64,000 nt of DNA, from positions 17,361 through 81,360 of the forward strand of contig JAZQBG010000004.1 of NCBI GenBank assembly GCA_045545595.1, read 5' to 3'. Shown in pieces: positions 16,298 through 26,140 of this stretch; position 1 is the stretch's first letter, and every line of letters begins with the position of its first letter. Source of the stretch: Bacilli bacterium (lineage in GTDB: Bacteria; Bacillota_I; Bacilli_A; RF39; UBA660). The notes beneath the pieces are model-generated. The model searched no databases and was not told where the DNA came from. It saw only the letters and a program-made list of their open reading frames with translations. Both the position numbers and the translations under genes were made by a program.

Positions 16298-17290
16298 ATG
16301 AATGTAATAATTTCAAATAAAGCAAGAGATATGTTAGTTAATCTAGAAATAGATGTTATAAAATCTCTAAATGGTGAATATGAGGCTGAAGAATTAGCAA
16401 GTATGTTTTCTAATTTCTTCTTTAATAAAATGATTTTAGATATAACTGCTATTAAAAATTATCAAGACATACGCAATCTTCAAAAATTATGCATTAATTT
16501 AGATATGGATAAAATAATATTAGTTCTTGATAATAGTGATATTCAAAGTACATCATCATTATATTTGTCTAAATTAGTATCTATGGGTATATATAATTTT
16601 GCAACTAATTTAGATAGTATAATGTATTTGTATAACAATCCTAATTCTTATAGAGATGTAGCTCATATTCAACAACTTGATGCTTTAACATCAGCAGTTA
16701 CTGATAAAATAGAAAATTATAATATGAAGATTTTAGGAATTAAGAATATAACAGAACATGCTGGTGCGACAACGCTTACATATATGCTTAAAAACCAACT
16801 TGAGTTACAAGGATATAATGTAGTTGCTATAGAAGTCGGTAAAAGAGATTTCAGCAATTTTAACTCGCAAAACTTAATAAGTTGTAGTATGTCAGATTTG
16901 CCAAGTGAAATTGCAAAATATACTAGCTATGATGTTATTTTAATAGATTTAAATAATAATACCGAAGATGGATGTAGTGATGTATTATATTTGCTTGAAC
17001 CAACATATATAAAACTAAATAAGTTAATTAGACGAGATAGAATGATATTTAATAAATTACAAAACAAAAAAATTGTATTGAATAAAAGTCTATTAGATCA
17101 AAAAGATATAACTGATTTTGAATATGAATCAAAGAGTAAAGTATTTTATAACATTCCACCTCTAGATGAAAAACAAAAAGAACATAGCATTCTTAGTGGA
17201 TTACTAAATTTACTAGGATTAAACAAAAATACTACTTTTGTAGAAGAAAACAGAGGAAAAATCTTAGGGTTGTTCAAAAGTAATGATTAG
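16298..17290 (+). CDS. TadZ/CpaE-like ParA/MinD-fold protein with degenerate Walker A
   Basis: N-terminal receiver-like region. Segment ILGIKNITEHAGATTLTYMLKNQL...VVAIEVG...YDVILIDL aligns to a KGGxGKT P-loop, but without the Lys. Confidence 0.45.
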   Translation: MNVIISNKARDMLVNLEIDVIKSLNGEYEAEELASMFSNFFFNKMILDITAIKNYQDIRNLQKLCINLDMDKIILVLDNSDIQSTSSLYLSKLVSMGIYNFATNLDSIMYLYNNPNSYRDVAHIQQLDALTSAVTDKIENYNMKILGIKNITEHAGATTLTYMLKNQLELQGYNVVAIEVGKRDFSNFNSQNLISCSMSDLPSEIAKYTSYDVILIDLNNNTEDGCSDVLYLLEPTYIKLNKLIRRDRMIFNKLQNKKIVLNKSLLDQKDITDFEYESKSKVFYNIPPLDEKQKEHSILSGLLNLLGLNKNTTFVEENRGKILGLFKSND

Positions 17291-17301
17291 TGTGTTATAA
17301 T
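17273..17301 (+). promoter_or_regulatory. promoter with extended -10 ahead of the T4SS module
   Basis: TTCAAA-17 bp-TATAAT with TGt upstream. The 17-mer TGTGTTATAATATTAAT is 16/17 identical to 3363-3379. Confidence 0.55.
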
Positions 17302-17328
17302 ATTAATTGTTTTAAGGAGAAGATAGTT

Positions 17329-17790
17329 ATGAATTATAAAAAAATAATAATACTGACATTAATAATTGTTTTTTGTGGGATAATAACACCAATGGATGTT
17401 GAGGCAAAAGATGAAAGTAAAGAACAAATGGTTGATATGGTTAACGTAGCTAATCAATATGAAGATCCTAGTAATTGGGATTTATGTACAAATCCTGAAT
17501 CAATTCCTACATTAAAATTTATTGGAAATTTATTAAGAGTTGCTTTTATTGCTGTACCAATAATATTAATAATAATTGGTTCTATTGACTTTGTAAAAGC
17601 TACATTAGCTAAAAATGATGATGACATAAAAAAAGCACAATCTGCATTTATAAAACGAGTTATAGCATGTGTTATAGTGTTTTTTGTGCCAATTATTACA
17701 AAAATAATATTTAATACTATTCTTGATACTAAAGATGAAGTTAAAAACTCTCATTGCTTAACTTGCATACTCAATCCTGATAGTTGTTAA
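17329..17790 (+). CDS. VirB2/TrbC-like (pilin-like) T4SS membrane protein, paralogue 1
   Basis: ATG after SD AAGGAG. Signal peptide, then two TM helices around a charged loop: VPIILIIIGSIDFVKATLAKNDDDIKKAQSAFIKRVIACVIVFFVPII. Confidence 0.5.
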   Translation: MNYKKIIILTLIIVFCGIITPMDVEAKDESKEQMVDMVNVANQYEDPSNWDLCTNPESIPTLKFIGNLLRVAFIAVPIILIIIGSIDFVKATLAKNDDDIKKAQSAFIKRVIACVIVFFVPIITKIIFNTILDTKDEVKNSHCLTCILNPDSC

Positions 17791-17884
17791 TTAAATATAG
17801 ATCTTTAACAACTTTTCGCTTTTGTTCTTAAGTTTTAAATAATTATTATATAATATTATAAATAAAGTACGTGAGGTGTATAAA

Positions 17885-19054
17885 ATGAAAAATAAAATCT
17901 TTTGGATAATATGTGCAATTGTTTGCTTTTTTGCGTTTTCTGATATGGTTTTTGCTGCAAATGGTTGTTTAGAAGTATGCAAAGGCAAACTTAAAGAGGA
18001 ATGTTGTTGTCCTGAAAATAGCGAATATTATGGCCAAGAAGGAACATACACTAAGCTTCAAAATACAGGTTTTGAATGTAATTATACAATTACAATAAAT
18101 GGACAAAAAATTGGTATAATCTATAAGTATATAGATGGCGTGACACCTTTAACATCATCGCTAGTTGATCCAGATATTTCGATAAAGTTAGGTGGCAAAA
18201 CTTATCCTATTATAATGGCCGAATTAGATAATACTATGAGGCTAGAACTTGATGACTTTATAGGTGATGGAATTGTTGATGATACAACTGGCGATATAAG
18301 TTATAATTATTCTTGTCCGTATGCTGTTTATGTAGCTCAGATTGAAAACGATTCATCTGTTTTTGCTGATGGTTTAGGATATAAATTATATTTTTTTCCA
18401 ACAGGAGAGATAGAGTATAAAGCTGGCGCTCCTTTGCCAAGTTACAAAGAAGAAGATGATTTAGATGGTAACAAAGCTGATGGCAGTGAAAAAGGACTTA
18501 CTGCTCAACAGTGGGCTTTGCTGAAAACATCTACTGGCTATAAAAAGATGTCAGATATGCTCAAAATAAATAAAACTGGATTTGGTGGTTGGGCACTAGA
18601 TACAAAACTTAGCAAATATGCGTGTCATATTGCTACATACGACAAAGAAACTGATGAGGTTATTGACTCATATGATGCTAATACAACTCACTCTGATTTA
18701 GACGATATAGCAGATGCTAGTAGTAGTGATCCTACCAGAGATATTATTGATACCATTAAGGACTCTGTAGCCGATTGTACTACACTAAGTGGGACAAAAA
18801 CTTATAAAATAATAAATAAAATATTTATGTGGATACAAATAGCAGCGCCAATAATGGTAGTTATATTTGGAGTGTTGGATTTTACAAAAGCTATGGCAGC
18901 TAGTGATAATGATGCAATAAAAAAAGCACAAAGTACATTTATAAAAAGAATTATAGTAGCAGCTATAATAATATTATTACCAGTTATAATGAATCTTGTT
19001 ATCGACTTGTATGAAGGTGCAACAGGTATTAATACTTGTGGAATAGGGGAATAA
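17885..19054 (+). CDS. secreted Cys-rich domain fused to a VirB2/TrbC-like C-terminal module, paralogue 2
   Basis: Signal peptide ...DMVFA|ANG. CLEVCKGKLKEECCCP cluster. C-terminus APIMVVIFGVLDFTKAMAASDNDAIKKAQSTFIKRIIVAAIIILLPVI. Confidence 0.5.
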   Translation: MKNKIFWIICAIVCFFAFSDMVFAANGCLEVCKGKLKEECCCPENSEYYGQEGTYTKLQNTGFECNYTITINGQKIGIIYKYIDGVTPLTSSLVDPDISIKLGGKTYPIIMAELDNTMRLELDDFIGDGIVDDTTGDISYNYSCPYAVYVAQIENDSSVFADGLGYKLYFFPTGEIEYKAGAPLPSYKEEDDLDGNKADGSEKGLTAQQWALLKTSTGYKKMSDMLKINKTGFGGWALDTKLSKYACHIATYDKETDEVIDSYDANTTHSDLDDIADASSSDPTRDIIDTIKDSVADCTTLSGTKTYKIINKIFMWIQIAAPIMVVIFGVLDFTKAMAASDNDAIKKAQSTFIKRIIVAAIIILLPVIMNLVIDLYEGATGINTCGIGE

Positions 19055-19100
19055 TTTTTGTTTTTTGTGCAATTTATGATGTTTGGAGGATGAAAAAATT

Positions 19101-20969
19101 ATGGGAGCTTTAGATGGAATCGGAAGTTTCATATATGAAAGTTTTATAAATCTATGTTTGATAATTGATGGAATGCTTATAAGTATAAATGGGGCTTTAT
19201 TTGGGACTTTTATGGAAATAGCTAAACATGAAGTGGATAGGAGTATATTTGGAGATATTACAAAAAAAATTTACATAATCATTGGTATATTTATGATCTT
19301 TAGAGTTGCATTTTCTCTAATTCAAATGTTAGCTAATCCTGATATGCTTGCAGACAAGGAAAAAGGCGCAGGAAAACTTGCAACGCGCGTAGTTATTGTA
19401 TTTGCATTGATTGTTATGGTTCCAACAATATTTGAAATGGCGTATGGATTACAAAACGCTGTATTAGACGATAATATTATTGGTAGTATATTTAATGCGG
19501 GTGGTGTTGGTGAAAAGGATTATGTTGAAAATAAAGGTTCAGAAATGGCTATGGATATATTTAAAGGGATGATAAAGCCAGTTGGGAGCAAAAGGACAAA
19601 TTGTATGTGTGCTGTTACAACGGATAATGGTTGTGGTACAACTGCATATAATAAAGCTACATCCATAAGTGAAATTAGATCGGCGGAAAAAAATGGTTTG
19701 CATACTAATCCTGGTACTTTAGACTGCTTTACTGATAAAAGTGTTGATGATGGTTATTTGTTAGAGTATCGCCCGTTAATATCTAGTGTTGCATTAGGTA
19801 TGATGGCTTGGCTTATGGTAGGATATTGTATAGATATTGGAGTTAGATATCTCAAATTAGTATTCTTACAATTAATTGCTCCTATATGTATTGCTACATA
19901 CGTTGTTGGAGGTAAGGATAATTCATTTAACAAATGGATTAAAATGACTACATCAACATATTTGCTTGTGTTTATGAGATTAATGATAATTTATATTATT
20001 ATGTTTATTGCGAAAAACATTACTTCCATCACTGATAAATTAAGTAGTCTTTCATCAGTAGCTGTGATTTTAGGTATGTTAGTGTTTGCTAAAAATGCTC
20101 CTAAATTAATAAGTGATTTATTTGGTATTCAAGAAGATAAAGAAGGGGGACTTAAAGGTATTGCAAAAGCGGCACTTCTTGGCGCTGCAGCAATGGGCGT
20201 TGGTGGAGTTGGCTCTGCTGTTAGTAAATTTGCTGCTTCTAAACAAGCAGGAAATGGATTTTTGAAATCATTAGGAGCTGGAGTAACTGGTTTAGGTTCT
20301 GGAGCAGTAGCAGGAGCTTTCTCTGGTGCTAAAGCCAAAAATCCTTTCGAGGCATTTAAGGGCGGTGTAGGTATTGCACAAAAGAAAGGACAACAAACTC
20401 TTAACAATGGAACAACTAGTTGGTTTAATAGAACAGGTGCTAGGATTCAAAGTGGTCTTGGATTACAAACTGCAGCAGATAGGTATGATTCTCAAATTGA
20501 AGGATATAACGCTATAAAAGATAGTGCTAAAAATTTACAAGATTATGCAGCAGGTGAAGTGGCAAAAGATAATAGTACAATGACTACATTTACTTGGACA
20601 GATGAAAATGGAAATCAAATTACTTCTCGTGGTAATGTAAATACATTAAAAGAATACGCAAACCAATTAAGAATGAACGGCGGAAACGCTAGAGATATTG
20701 CGATGGCAGAATCTAGAGCCAAAATTGCTGAAAAACAAGCTATTGCAGATTATATAACAAATAATGCTACTAGTGATTCAACAGTTGCTGCTGGAATAAG
20801 TGAGATTAATGCTTTAAATAACCAATATGGTCTTGATATGGCAACTGTTACTAATGGTGCATCTGTACAAGATGCTAAAACAGGTGCTATTGATGCTGTT
20901 AATGATATTAAAACTAGAGAAGATTATATTCGTTCACAAGAAATTAAAAGAACAACAAAACAAAGTTAA
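19101..20969 (+). CDS. VirB6/TrbL-like polytopic T4SS channel protein
   Basis: ATG after GGAGGA. At least 6 predicted TM helices, a Gly/Ala-rich segment (GLKGIAKAALLGAAAMGVGGVGSA...) and a soluble C-terminal domain. Sits next to PrgI/VirB4-like genes. Confidence 0.55.
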   Translation: MGALDGIGSFIYESFINLCLIIDGMLISINGALFGTFMEIAKHEVDRSIFGDITKKIYIIIGIFMIFRVAFSLIQMLANPDMLADKEKGAGKLATRVVIVFALIVMVPTIFEMAYGLQNAVLDDNIIGSIFNAGGVGEKDYVENKGSEMAMDIFKGMIKPVGSKRTNCMCAVTTDNGCGTTAYNKATSISEIRSAEKNGLHTNPGTLDCFTDKSVDDGYLLEYRPLISSVALGMMAWLMVGYCIDIGVRYLKLVFLQLIAPICIATYVVGGKDNSFNKWIKMTTSTYLLVFMRLMIIYIIMFIAKNITSITDKLSSLSSVAVILGMLVFAKNAPKLISDLFGIQEDKEGGLKGIAKAALLGAAAMGVGGVGSAVSKFAASKQAGNGFLKSLGAGVTGLGSGAVAGAFSGAKAKNPFEAFKGGVGIAQKKGQQTLNNGTTSWFNRTGARIQSGLGLQTAADRYDSQIEGYNAIKDSAKNLQDYAAGEVAKDNSTMTTFTWTDENGNQITSRGNVNTLKEYANQLRMNGGNARDIAMAESRAKIAEKQAIADYITNNATSDSTVAAGISEINALNNQYGLDMATVTNGASVQDAKTGAIDAVNDIKTREDYIRSQEIKRTTKQS

Positions 20970-20989
20970 TAAAAGGGATGTGATATATA

Positions 20990-21310
20990 ATGATTAGTGG
21001 TGGATATTTAATACCGGCCAATTCAAAAAAAGGACAATTAATACTAAATTATTTTAGGCTAGTAGATTTATTAATATTTGGAATAGGATTATTAGTGTCG
21101 TTTCTATTGTTGATAATTTTTGGTACTGGTGGTATTGCGCAAACACTTGGTATATTAGCACCTGCTGCACTTGGTGCACTTCTTGTTGCGCCAGTTCCAA
21201 ACTATCATAATGTTTTGGTTTTCATAACTAGTTTATATGAATATTTAAACAATAGAAGAAATTATATATGGAAAGGTTGGTGTGTTACTAATGGCGAAGA
21301 CAAACAGTAA
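20990..21310 (+). CDS. PrgI/VirB3-like small membrane protein
   Basis: 106 aa with two TM helices. Its position immediately before VirB4, overlapping its start, is typical of Gram-positive T4SS. Confidence 0.55.
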   Translation: MISGGYLIPANSKKGQLILNYFRLVDLLIFGIGLLVSFLLLIIFGTGGIAQTLGILAPAALGALLVAPVPNYHNVLVFITSLYEYLNNRRNYIWKGWCVTNGEDKQ

Positions 21311-21836
21311 ATATACAGAAGATTGGTTGCCTATTAATTCCATAATGAATGGAATGATAATTTTAGATAATAAATGGAAGGTGACAGGTGTAAAAATAAA
21401 TCCTAGAAACATATTCATATTAGAACCGTCCGCACAAGATGCAACTTTAATAGCACTTAAAAATTTATATAATATGTTGGATTTTGAATTTTGGATTGTT
21501 TCTGCAGATAGACCTGTTGATATTTCACTTTACTTATCACAGTTACAACTTTTGTATAGCCAAACACAAAAACAATATGTTAGAAAATTAATCATGGAAG
21601 ATATTAATAAAGCTAACATGTATACTGCAAATAATGTGGTTGATACTGAATATTATTTGTTATTTAGAGAAAAGAATGATGATTTAATTCAAAAGAGAAT
21701 AAGATTATTAATTAATAATTTAGCGAATTGTGGATTAAGTGCCGCCCAAACTTCAAATGAGGATTTAAGAGTTCTATTAGAAAACTTCTTAAATGGTGGA
21801 CAAACCACTGGATTTGGAGCAGTGATGCCAGTATGA
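21291..21836 (+). CDS. VirB4-family ATPase, N-terminal domain encoded as a separate ORF
   Basis: Segment DWLPINSIMNGMIILDNKWKVTGVKINPRNIFIL resembles the N-terminus of Gram-positive VirB4 (PrgJ/TcpF/CD1110-type). Ends at a TGA that overlaps the next ATG. Confidence 0.55.
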   Translation: MAKTNSKYTEDWLPINSIMNGMIILDNKWKVTGVKINPRNIFILEPSAQDATLIALKNLYNMLDFEFWIVSADRPVDISLYLSQLQLLYSQTQKQYVRKLIMEDINKANMYTANNVVDTEYYLLFREKNDDLIQKRIRLLINNLANCGLSAAQTSNEDLRVLLENFLNGGQTTGFGAVMPV

Positions 21837-23617
21837 AAATAAAAAGCGAATTAGCCCCTAAGGGATTACAATTTAACTCAGGTGATTTTGTTATTAGTGA
21901 TAAATATGCAACGATTTTAACTGCTGTATCTTATCCTAAATTTATACAACCAGGATATTTAGCAAGTTTAACAAATATGTCTGGTATTAAAATGGTTATT
22001 AAACATATACCATTGCCGTTTTCAGTTATTTCTAAAATGCTTAATAAAGAAATTGCGGATTTAAAACAAAAATATCATGAAGAAAATGATAAAACTATTC
22101 AAGAAAGAATAAGACAAGATATTGATTCACTAGAATATTTTATTCAAATGATGGTATCTTCTCAAGCAAGAATTTTTGACTTTCAACTACACATAATGAT
22201 TACCGCTGATACAAGAGAAGCATTAGAAAATAAAAAAGTTCAAGTTAAAAATTATCTTGAAGCTATGGAAATGAGATCTGTTGTACTTAGATTTGAACAG
22301 GAAAAAGTATTAAAATCAATACTTCCTATTTTCCCTAATCAAGATATAGAACAAAGAATTGGTACACCAGTTCCATCAGTTACTATGGCGGCTATGTATC
22401 CATTTATATTTGATAGTGTTAAGGATCCCGGATTATCTTGTTTATTAGGTGTGGATTTTTCGGGAGGGGTTATACTATTTAACCAATTCCTATATCAAAT
22501 TAAAAAGGAACATAATAGAAATAATGCTAATTTAATTATTTTAGGTACATCAGGTAGTGGTAAGAGTACAACTGCTAAGATTATACTTAGATCTCATATC
22601 AGGAATGATGCACAAATTGTTGCAATAGACCCTGAAGATGAATTAAGTGAAATGGGTAAAACATTTGGTGCTGATATGATTGACCTTGGAAAAGGTGGAC
22701 AATTTGGTATGATAAATCCACTTGAAGTAATAGTTGATGCTGATGAAGAAGAATTATCTCAAGGATTAGGATATACTGTTCTTAATAAAACATTACAATT
22801 CTTAAAAGCGTTTATGAGATATTATTCGCCAGATATTAGCGAAGATGTATTAACTACTTTTAGTGAAGTTGTACAAGATACATATAAGAGATTTGGAATA
22901 GATTTTGACACTGATTTTTCTAAATTCACATCAAAAGATTTTCCAGTATTTGCAGATGTGTATGAAACTATTAAAGGTAGATTATTATCTATGAACGAAA
23001 AAACTCGTGAAAGAGACATTATGGAACAGCTTGAGATAAAAGTTAGACCATTAGTAAAAGAATTAAGATACTATTTTGGTGGTCATACAACTATAAAAAG
23101 AGACTCTCAATTCATTATATTCAATTTAAAAGAACTTATGAATTCAGATAATAATATTAGAAACGCATTATTCTTTAATGTATTAAAATATGCGTGGGGA
23201 TTATGTTTAGATAAAGACAAAAATACCGTATTGTCAGTCGATGAAGCCCATATTTTATTGTCTGGTAATAACGTATTAGGTGCGGATTTCTTAGCGCAAG
23301 TTCAAAGAAGGGCTAGAAAGTATAATACTGGTACAATAATAAGTACACAACAACCAACAGATTTCTCTGACCCTGCTGTCATTACTCAAGGTAAAGCAAT
23401 ATTTGATAATGCTGCTTATTACATAGTAATGGGACTTAGAAAACAAGCAACAGAAGATTTAGCTAAATTAATTGATTTAAATGATAATGAAAAAGATAAT
23501 ATTAAGAGATTTAATCAAGGAGAAGCATTGTTTGTTTGTGGTAACAGACGTATGATAATAAATATTATTGCTTCTGAAAAAGAATTAGACTCATTTGGAA
23601 GTGGCGGCGGTCTATAA
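21833..23617 (+). CDS. VirB4-family conjugation/secretion ATPase, middle and ATPase domains
   Basis: Walker A GTSGSGKST, Walker B LSVDEAH, and SYPKFIQPGYL typical of the VirB4 middle domain. Confidence 0.8.
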   Translation: MKIKSELAPKGLQFNSGDFVISDKYATILTAVSYPKFIQPGYLASLTNMSGIKMVIKHIPLPFSVISKMLNKEIADLKQKYHEENDKTIQERIRQDIDSLEYFIQMMVSSQARIFDFQLHIMITADTREALENKKVQVKNYLEAMEMRSVVLRFEQEKVLKSILPIFPNQDIEQRIGTPVPSVTMAAMYPFIFDSVKDPGLSCLLGVDFSGGVILFNQFLYQIKKEHNRNNANLIILGTSGSGKSTTAKIILRSHIRNDAQIVAIDPEDELSEMGKTFGADMIDLGKGGQFGMINPLEVIVDADEEELSQGLGYTVLNKTLQFLKAFMRYYSPDISEDVLTTFSEVVQDTYKRFGIDFDTDFSKFTSKDFPVFADVYETIKGRLLSMNEKTRERDIMEQLEIKVRPLVKELRYYFGGHTTIKRDSQFIIFNLKELMNSDNNIRNALFFNVLKYAWGLCLDKDKNTVLSVDEAHILLSGNNVLGADFLAQVQRRARKYNTGTIISTQQPTDFSDPAVITQGKAIFDNAAYYIVMGLRKQATEDLAKLIDLNDNEKDNIKRFNQGEALFVCGNRRMIINIIASEKELDSFGSGGGL

Positions 23618-23639
23618 TCTCAAAGTGTGGTGGTAGAAA

Positions 23640-25367
23640 ATGTGGGGTGCAGTAGCAAAGCAATTATTAAGTAACCCAAAGACTCGTAAAATTATAATAA
23701 TAGCAGCAGTGGGATTACTAGGATTTCAATTTTTGTTCATGTTTTTAATAATATGTGCAGTTGCATATCCAATTTTTGCAGTCGGAGAATTTATACAAAA
23801 CTTTGTAAGTGCAGTCGAAGATTTTTTCCAAAGATTTGGCAATTTTATAACATTTAATGGATGGAAAACTAATGAAGAAAAATATTTTGAGTTTATGGAG
23901 GAATTATCATGTGAAAATGCCACGATTATTTCTTCAACAGTAATGTATTATTACAATATAGGACAATTTGAATCTGAAGAAATGTCAGATGAAGAGTGGG
24001 AAAATTATGATCCATCTACATCAAATGGTGATGATGATCTTCCATATGGAGATTTATTAAAAGATGCAAAAAAACTTAATAAGTACTATAAAAAAGGAAT
24101 GACTGAATACGAAACATATGTAAAAACAAAATTTATACCTAGCTATGACAAGAATGCAAATGTTGATTCTATATATGATGCTATGATGACTATTGCAAAA
24201 ACTGGTAATTGTAGTAAGGGTTCTTCCTCCGGTAGTTCTGGATTTTATAGTGTAACCTGTTCGGGTGTTACTGTAACAGGTGAGGGAGCAGGAACATATC
24301 AACTAGAAGATTATGTTGCTGGTGTTGTTGATGCAGAGGTAGGAGTTTTTGGGGAAAGTGCAGAAACTTTGAAGGCACAGGCAATCGCTGCTAGAACTTA
24401 TGTTTTGAATACAACAAATAATTGTGCAAATCCAATAAATAATTCAACTACAGCACAAACTTTTTCTCCTAATCCATCTGAGGCAGCTAAACAAGCTGCT
24501 AATGAAACCGCGGGTAAGGTTTTAACATTTAATGGTTCTATATTTAAATCTGAATATGACTCGTTTTGTTCAAACTGCGATAGTACTACAACAAACGAGG
24601 ATGGTTCATATACAGCGCAATATACAAAACTTCCTAATAATGAAACACATTCAGTTACACTTGGTAGTTCATATGCTAGTTATATTGCCGGTGGACATGG
24701 TAGAGGTATGAGTCAAGTGTTAGCGTATCAACTTGCTAATGAAGGTAAAACTTATGCTGAAATTTTGGAATACTTTTACTCGCCAGGTGTTGTAATTGCT
24801 AATTCAGGTGGTTTTAGTACTGGTGGATGGACAATTAGAAATACAACACCAACAAAAAGTGATACATTATATACAGGGTATGCGAATGTTGGTCAATGTG
24901 TATGGTATGCAAAATCCCGTGCTATGGAAATATTAACAGAACTTAAAAATGCTGGTAAAATAGATTCTGAACAAGCAGATAAGGCTATTCAATCTTTAAA
25001 TTCAACATATGGTAATGCAACAGACTGGTATAAAAATACATCAGATAAATTTAATAAAATTTCTGATATAACTAAACCTCAAGCTGGTTCAATAATTGTA
25101 TGGTCTGGCGGAAATGGTCATAACTATGGTCATGTAGCTATTATCGAAGAAATTAATACAGAGGAAAACACTATAACGGTAACAGATACATGGTCTAATT
25201 TGAGAGATGGTAATGGTAATATAGATTCATGTCCTGGTACATGGACTTGTATAGTGTTTAATAGTAAGACATACTCATTAGATGATTTTATTAATAATTA
25301 TGCACCACATGGTGGAGGATATAAGAGGTTTGTAGGTTATGTTAATTTTGTAAATAGTGAATTTTAG
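23640..25367 (+). CDS. bifunctional cell-wall hydrolase (SpoIID/LytB-like + CHAP), VirB1/PrgK/TcpG analogue
   Basis: N-terminal TM. SpoIID motif LKAQAIAARTYVL. CHAP Cys in GQCVWYAKSRA and His in GHVAIIEEI. Confidence 0.75.
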   Translation: MWGAVAKQLLSNPKTRKIIIIAAVGLLGFQFLFMFLIICAVAYPIFAVGEFIQNFVSAVEDFFQRFGNFITFNGWKTNEEKYFEFMEELSCENATIISSTVMYYYNIGQFESEEMSDEEWENYDPSTSNGDDDLPYGDLLKDAKKLNKYYKKGMTEYETYVKTKFIPSYDKNANVDSIYDAMMTIAKTGNCSKGSSSGSSGFYSVTCSGVTVTGEGAGTYQLEDYVAGVVDAEVGVFGESAETLKAQAIAARTYVLNTTNNCANPINNSTTAQTFSPNPSEAAKQAANETAGKVLTFNGSIFKSEYDSFCSNCDSTTTNEDGSYTAQYTKLPNNETHSVTLGSSYASYIAGGHGRGMSQVLAYQLANEGKTYAEILEYFYSPGVVIANSGGFSTGGWTIRNTTPTKSDTLYTGYANVGQCVWYAKSRAMEILTELKNAGKIDSEQADKAIQSLNSTYGNATDWYKNTSDKFNKISDITKPQAGSIIVWSGGNGHNYGHVAIIEEINTEENTITVTDTWSNLRDGNGNIDSCPGTWTCIVFNSKTYSLDDFINNYAPHGGGYKRFVGYVNFVNSEF

Positions 25368-25376
25368 GTGATAATA

Positions 25377-26048
25377 ATGAATAATAAAATATTTGTTTTA
25401 GCCATAGTTATGTTATTTATAACCGGCTGTACTGTTACTTACGATTTAAATATTGAAGATAGTAAAGTATATGAAAAAGTAAATTTAAATGTTGATTCAA
25501 CATTTAATTCAAGAATTTCAGAGTTATCAAAAATGAAACAATATAACCATCTTTCTGGAAATAATACCACTTATTATAATTTTTCTTCTGCTGAGAGTGA
25601 TAGTGGGGTTAAACTTTCATATGATTATCAGTATAATTTTGAAAATTTTGAAGAATCACGTGCATTAAGTGAATGTTTTTCTGCTTTTAATGTATTAAAT
25701 GATTATGAAGAAGAAACTCTTAGAATTACTACATCAAACAAATTTAATTGTCTTAATTATAATGATGAATTTGTTGATAGTGTGACAATAAATATTAAAA
25801 CAAATCATAAAGTAATTAATCATAATGCTGATAAAGTTGAAAATGATACTTATACTTGGGAAATAAAATCAAGTATGCTAGATAAGCCTATTGATTTTAC
25901 AATTGATAGAAATCCTAAGGATACAACTGTAGAAGATACTATAAGAGATGTTGGTACACTTTTGATAGTTATTGGTATAGTTGCAGGCATTGGTGTTATT
26001 GTACTTATTTACTTAAAAATAAGATCTAAAAATGTAAATAAAATTTAA
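25377..26048 (+). CDS. lipoprotein with C-terminal TM anchor (T4SS accessory, function unknown)
   Basis: Lipobox LFITGC. C-terminal TM LLIVIGIVAGIGVIVLIYL. Confidence 0.5.
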   Translation: MNNKIFVLAIVMLFITGCTVTYDLNIEDSKVYEKVNLNVDSTFNSRISELSKMKQYNHLSGNNTTYYNFSSAESDSGVKLSYDYQYNFENFEESRALSECFSAFNVLNDYEEETLRITTSNKFNCLNYNDEFVDSVTINIKTNHKVINHNADKVENDTYTWEIKSSMLDKPIDFTIDRNPKDTTVEDTIRDVGTLLIVIGIVAGIGVIVLIYLKIRSKNVNKI

Positions 26049-26080
26049 ATCATAAATATTGAAATATTTATGATTTTTTC
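26048..26080 (+). terminator. intrinsic terminator before the coupling-protein gene
   Basis: 13-bp AT-rich stem AATCATAAATATT/AATATTTATGATT plus a T-run. An extended -10 TGaTATAAT follows at 26090-26098. Confidence 0.6.
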
Positions 26081-26140
26081 TTTAATACGTGATATAATAT
26101 TTTTGAATTAATTAAATTATTCTTACAGGAGGAAATTTTT

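Noticed and set aside
20129-20407. Antisense ORFs in the track (8347-8535, 13813-14019, 14231-14470, 17791-17988, 18258-18440, 20129-20407, 22822-23019, 23726-24302, 27274-28077, 29007-29207, 30225-30539, 32990-33250, 34146-34862, 36008-36193, 40129-40371, 42161-42391, 45245-45499, 46881-47168, 49817-50110, 52268-53167, 55834-56073, 58423-58629, 58953-59264, 59721-60794, 63480-63668)
   Set aside because: All lie inside and opposite to longer ORFs that have clear family motifs. They lack SDs and have low-complexity compositions, as expected for shadow frames of AT-rich or repeat-rich coding DNA.
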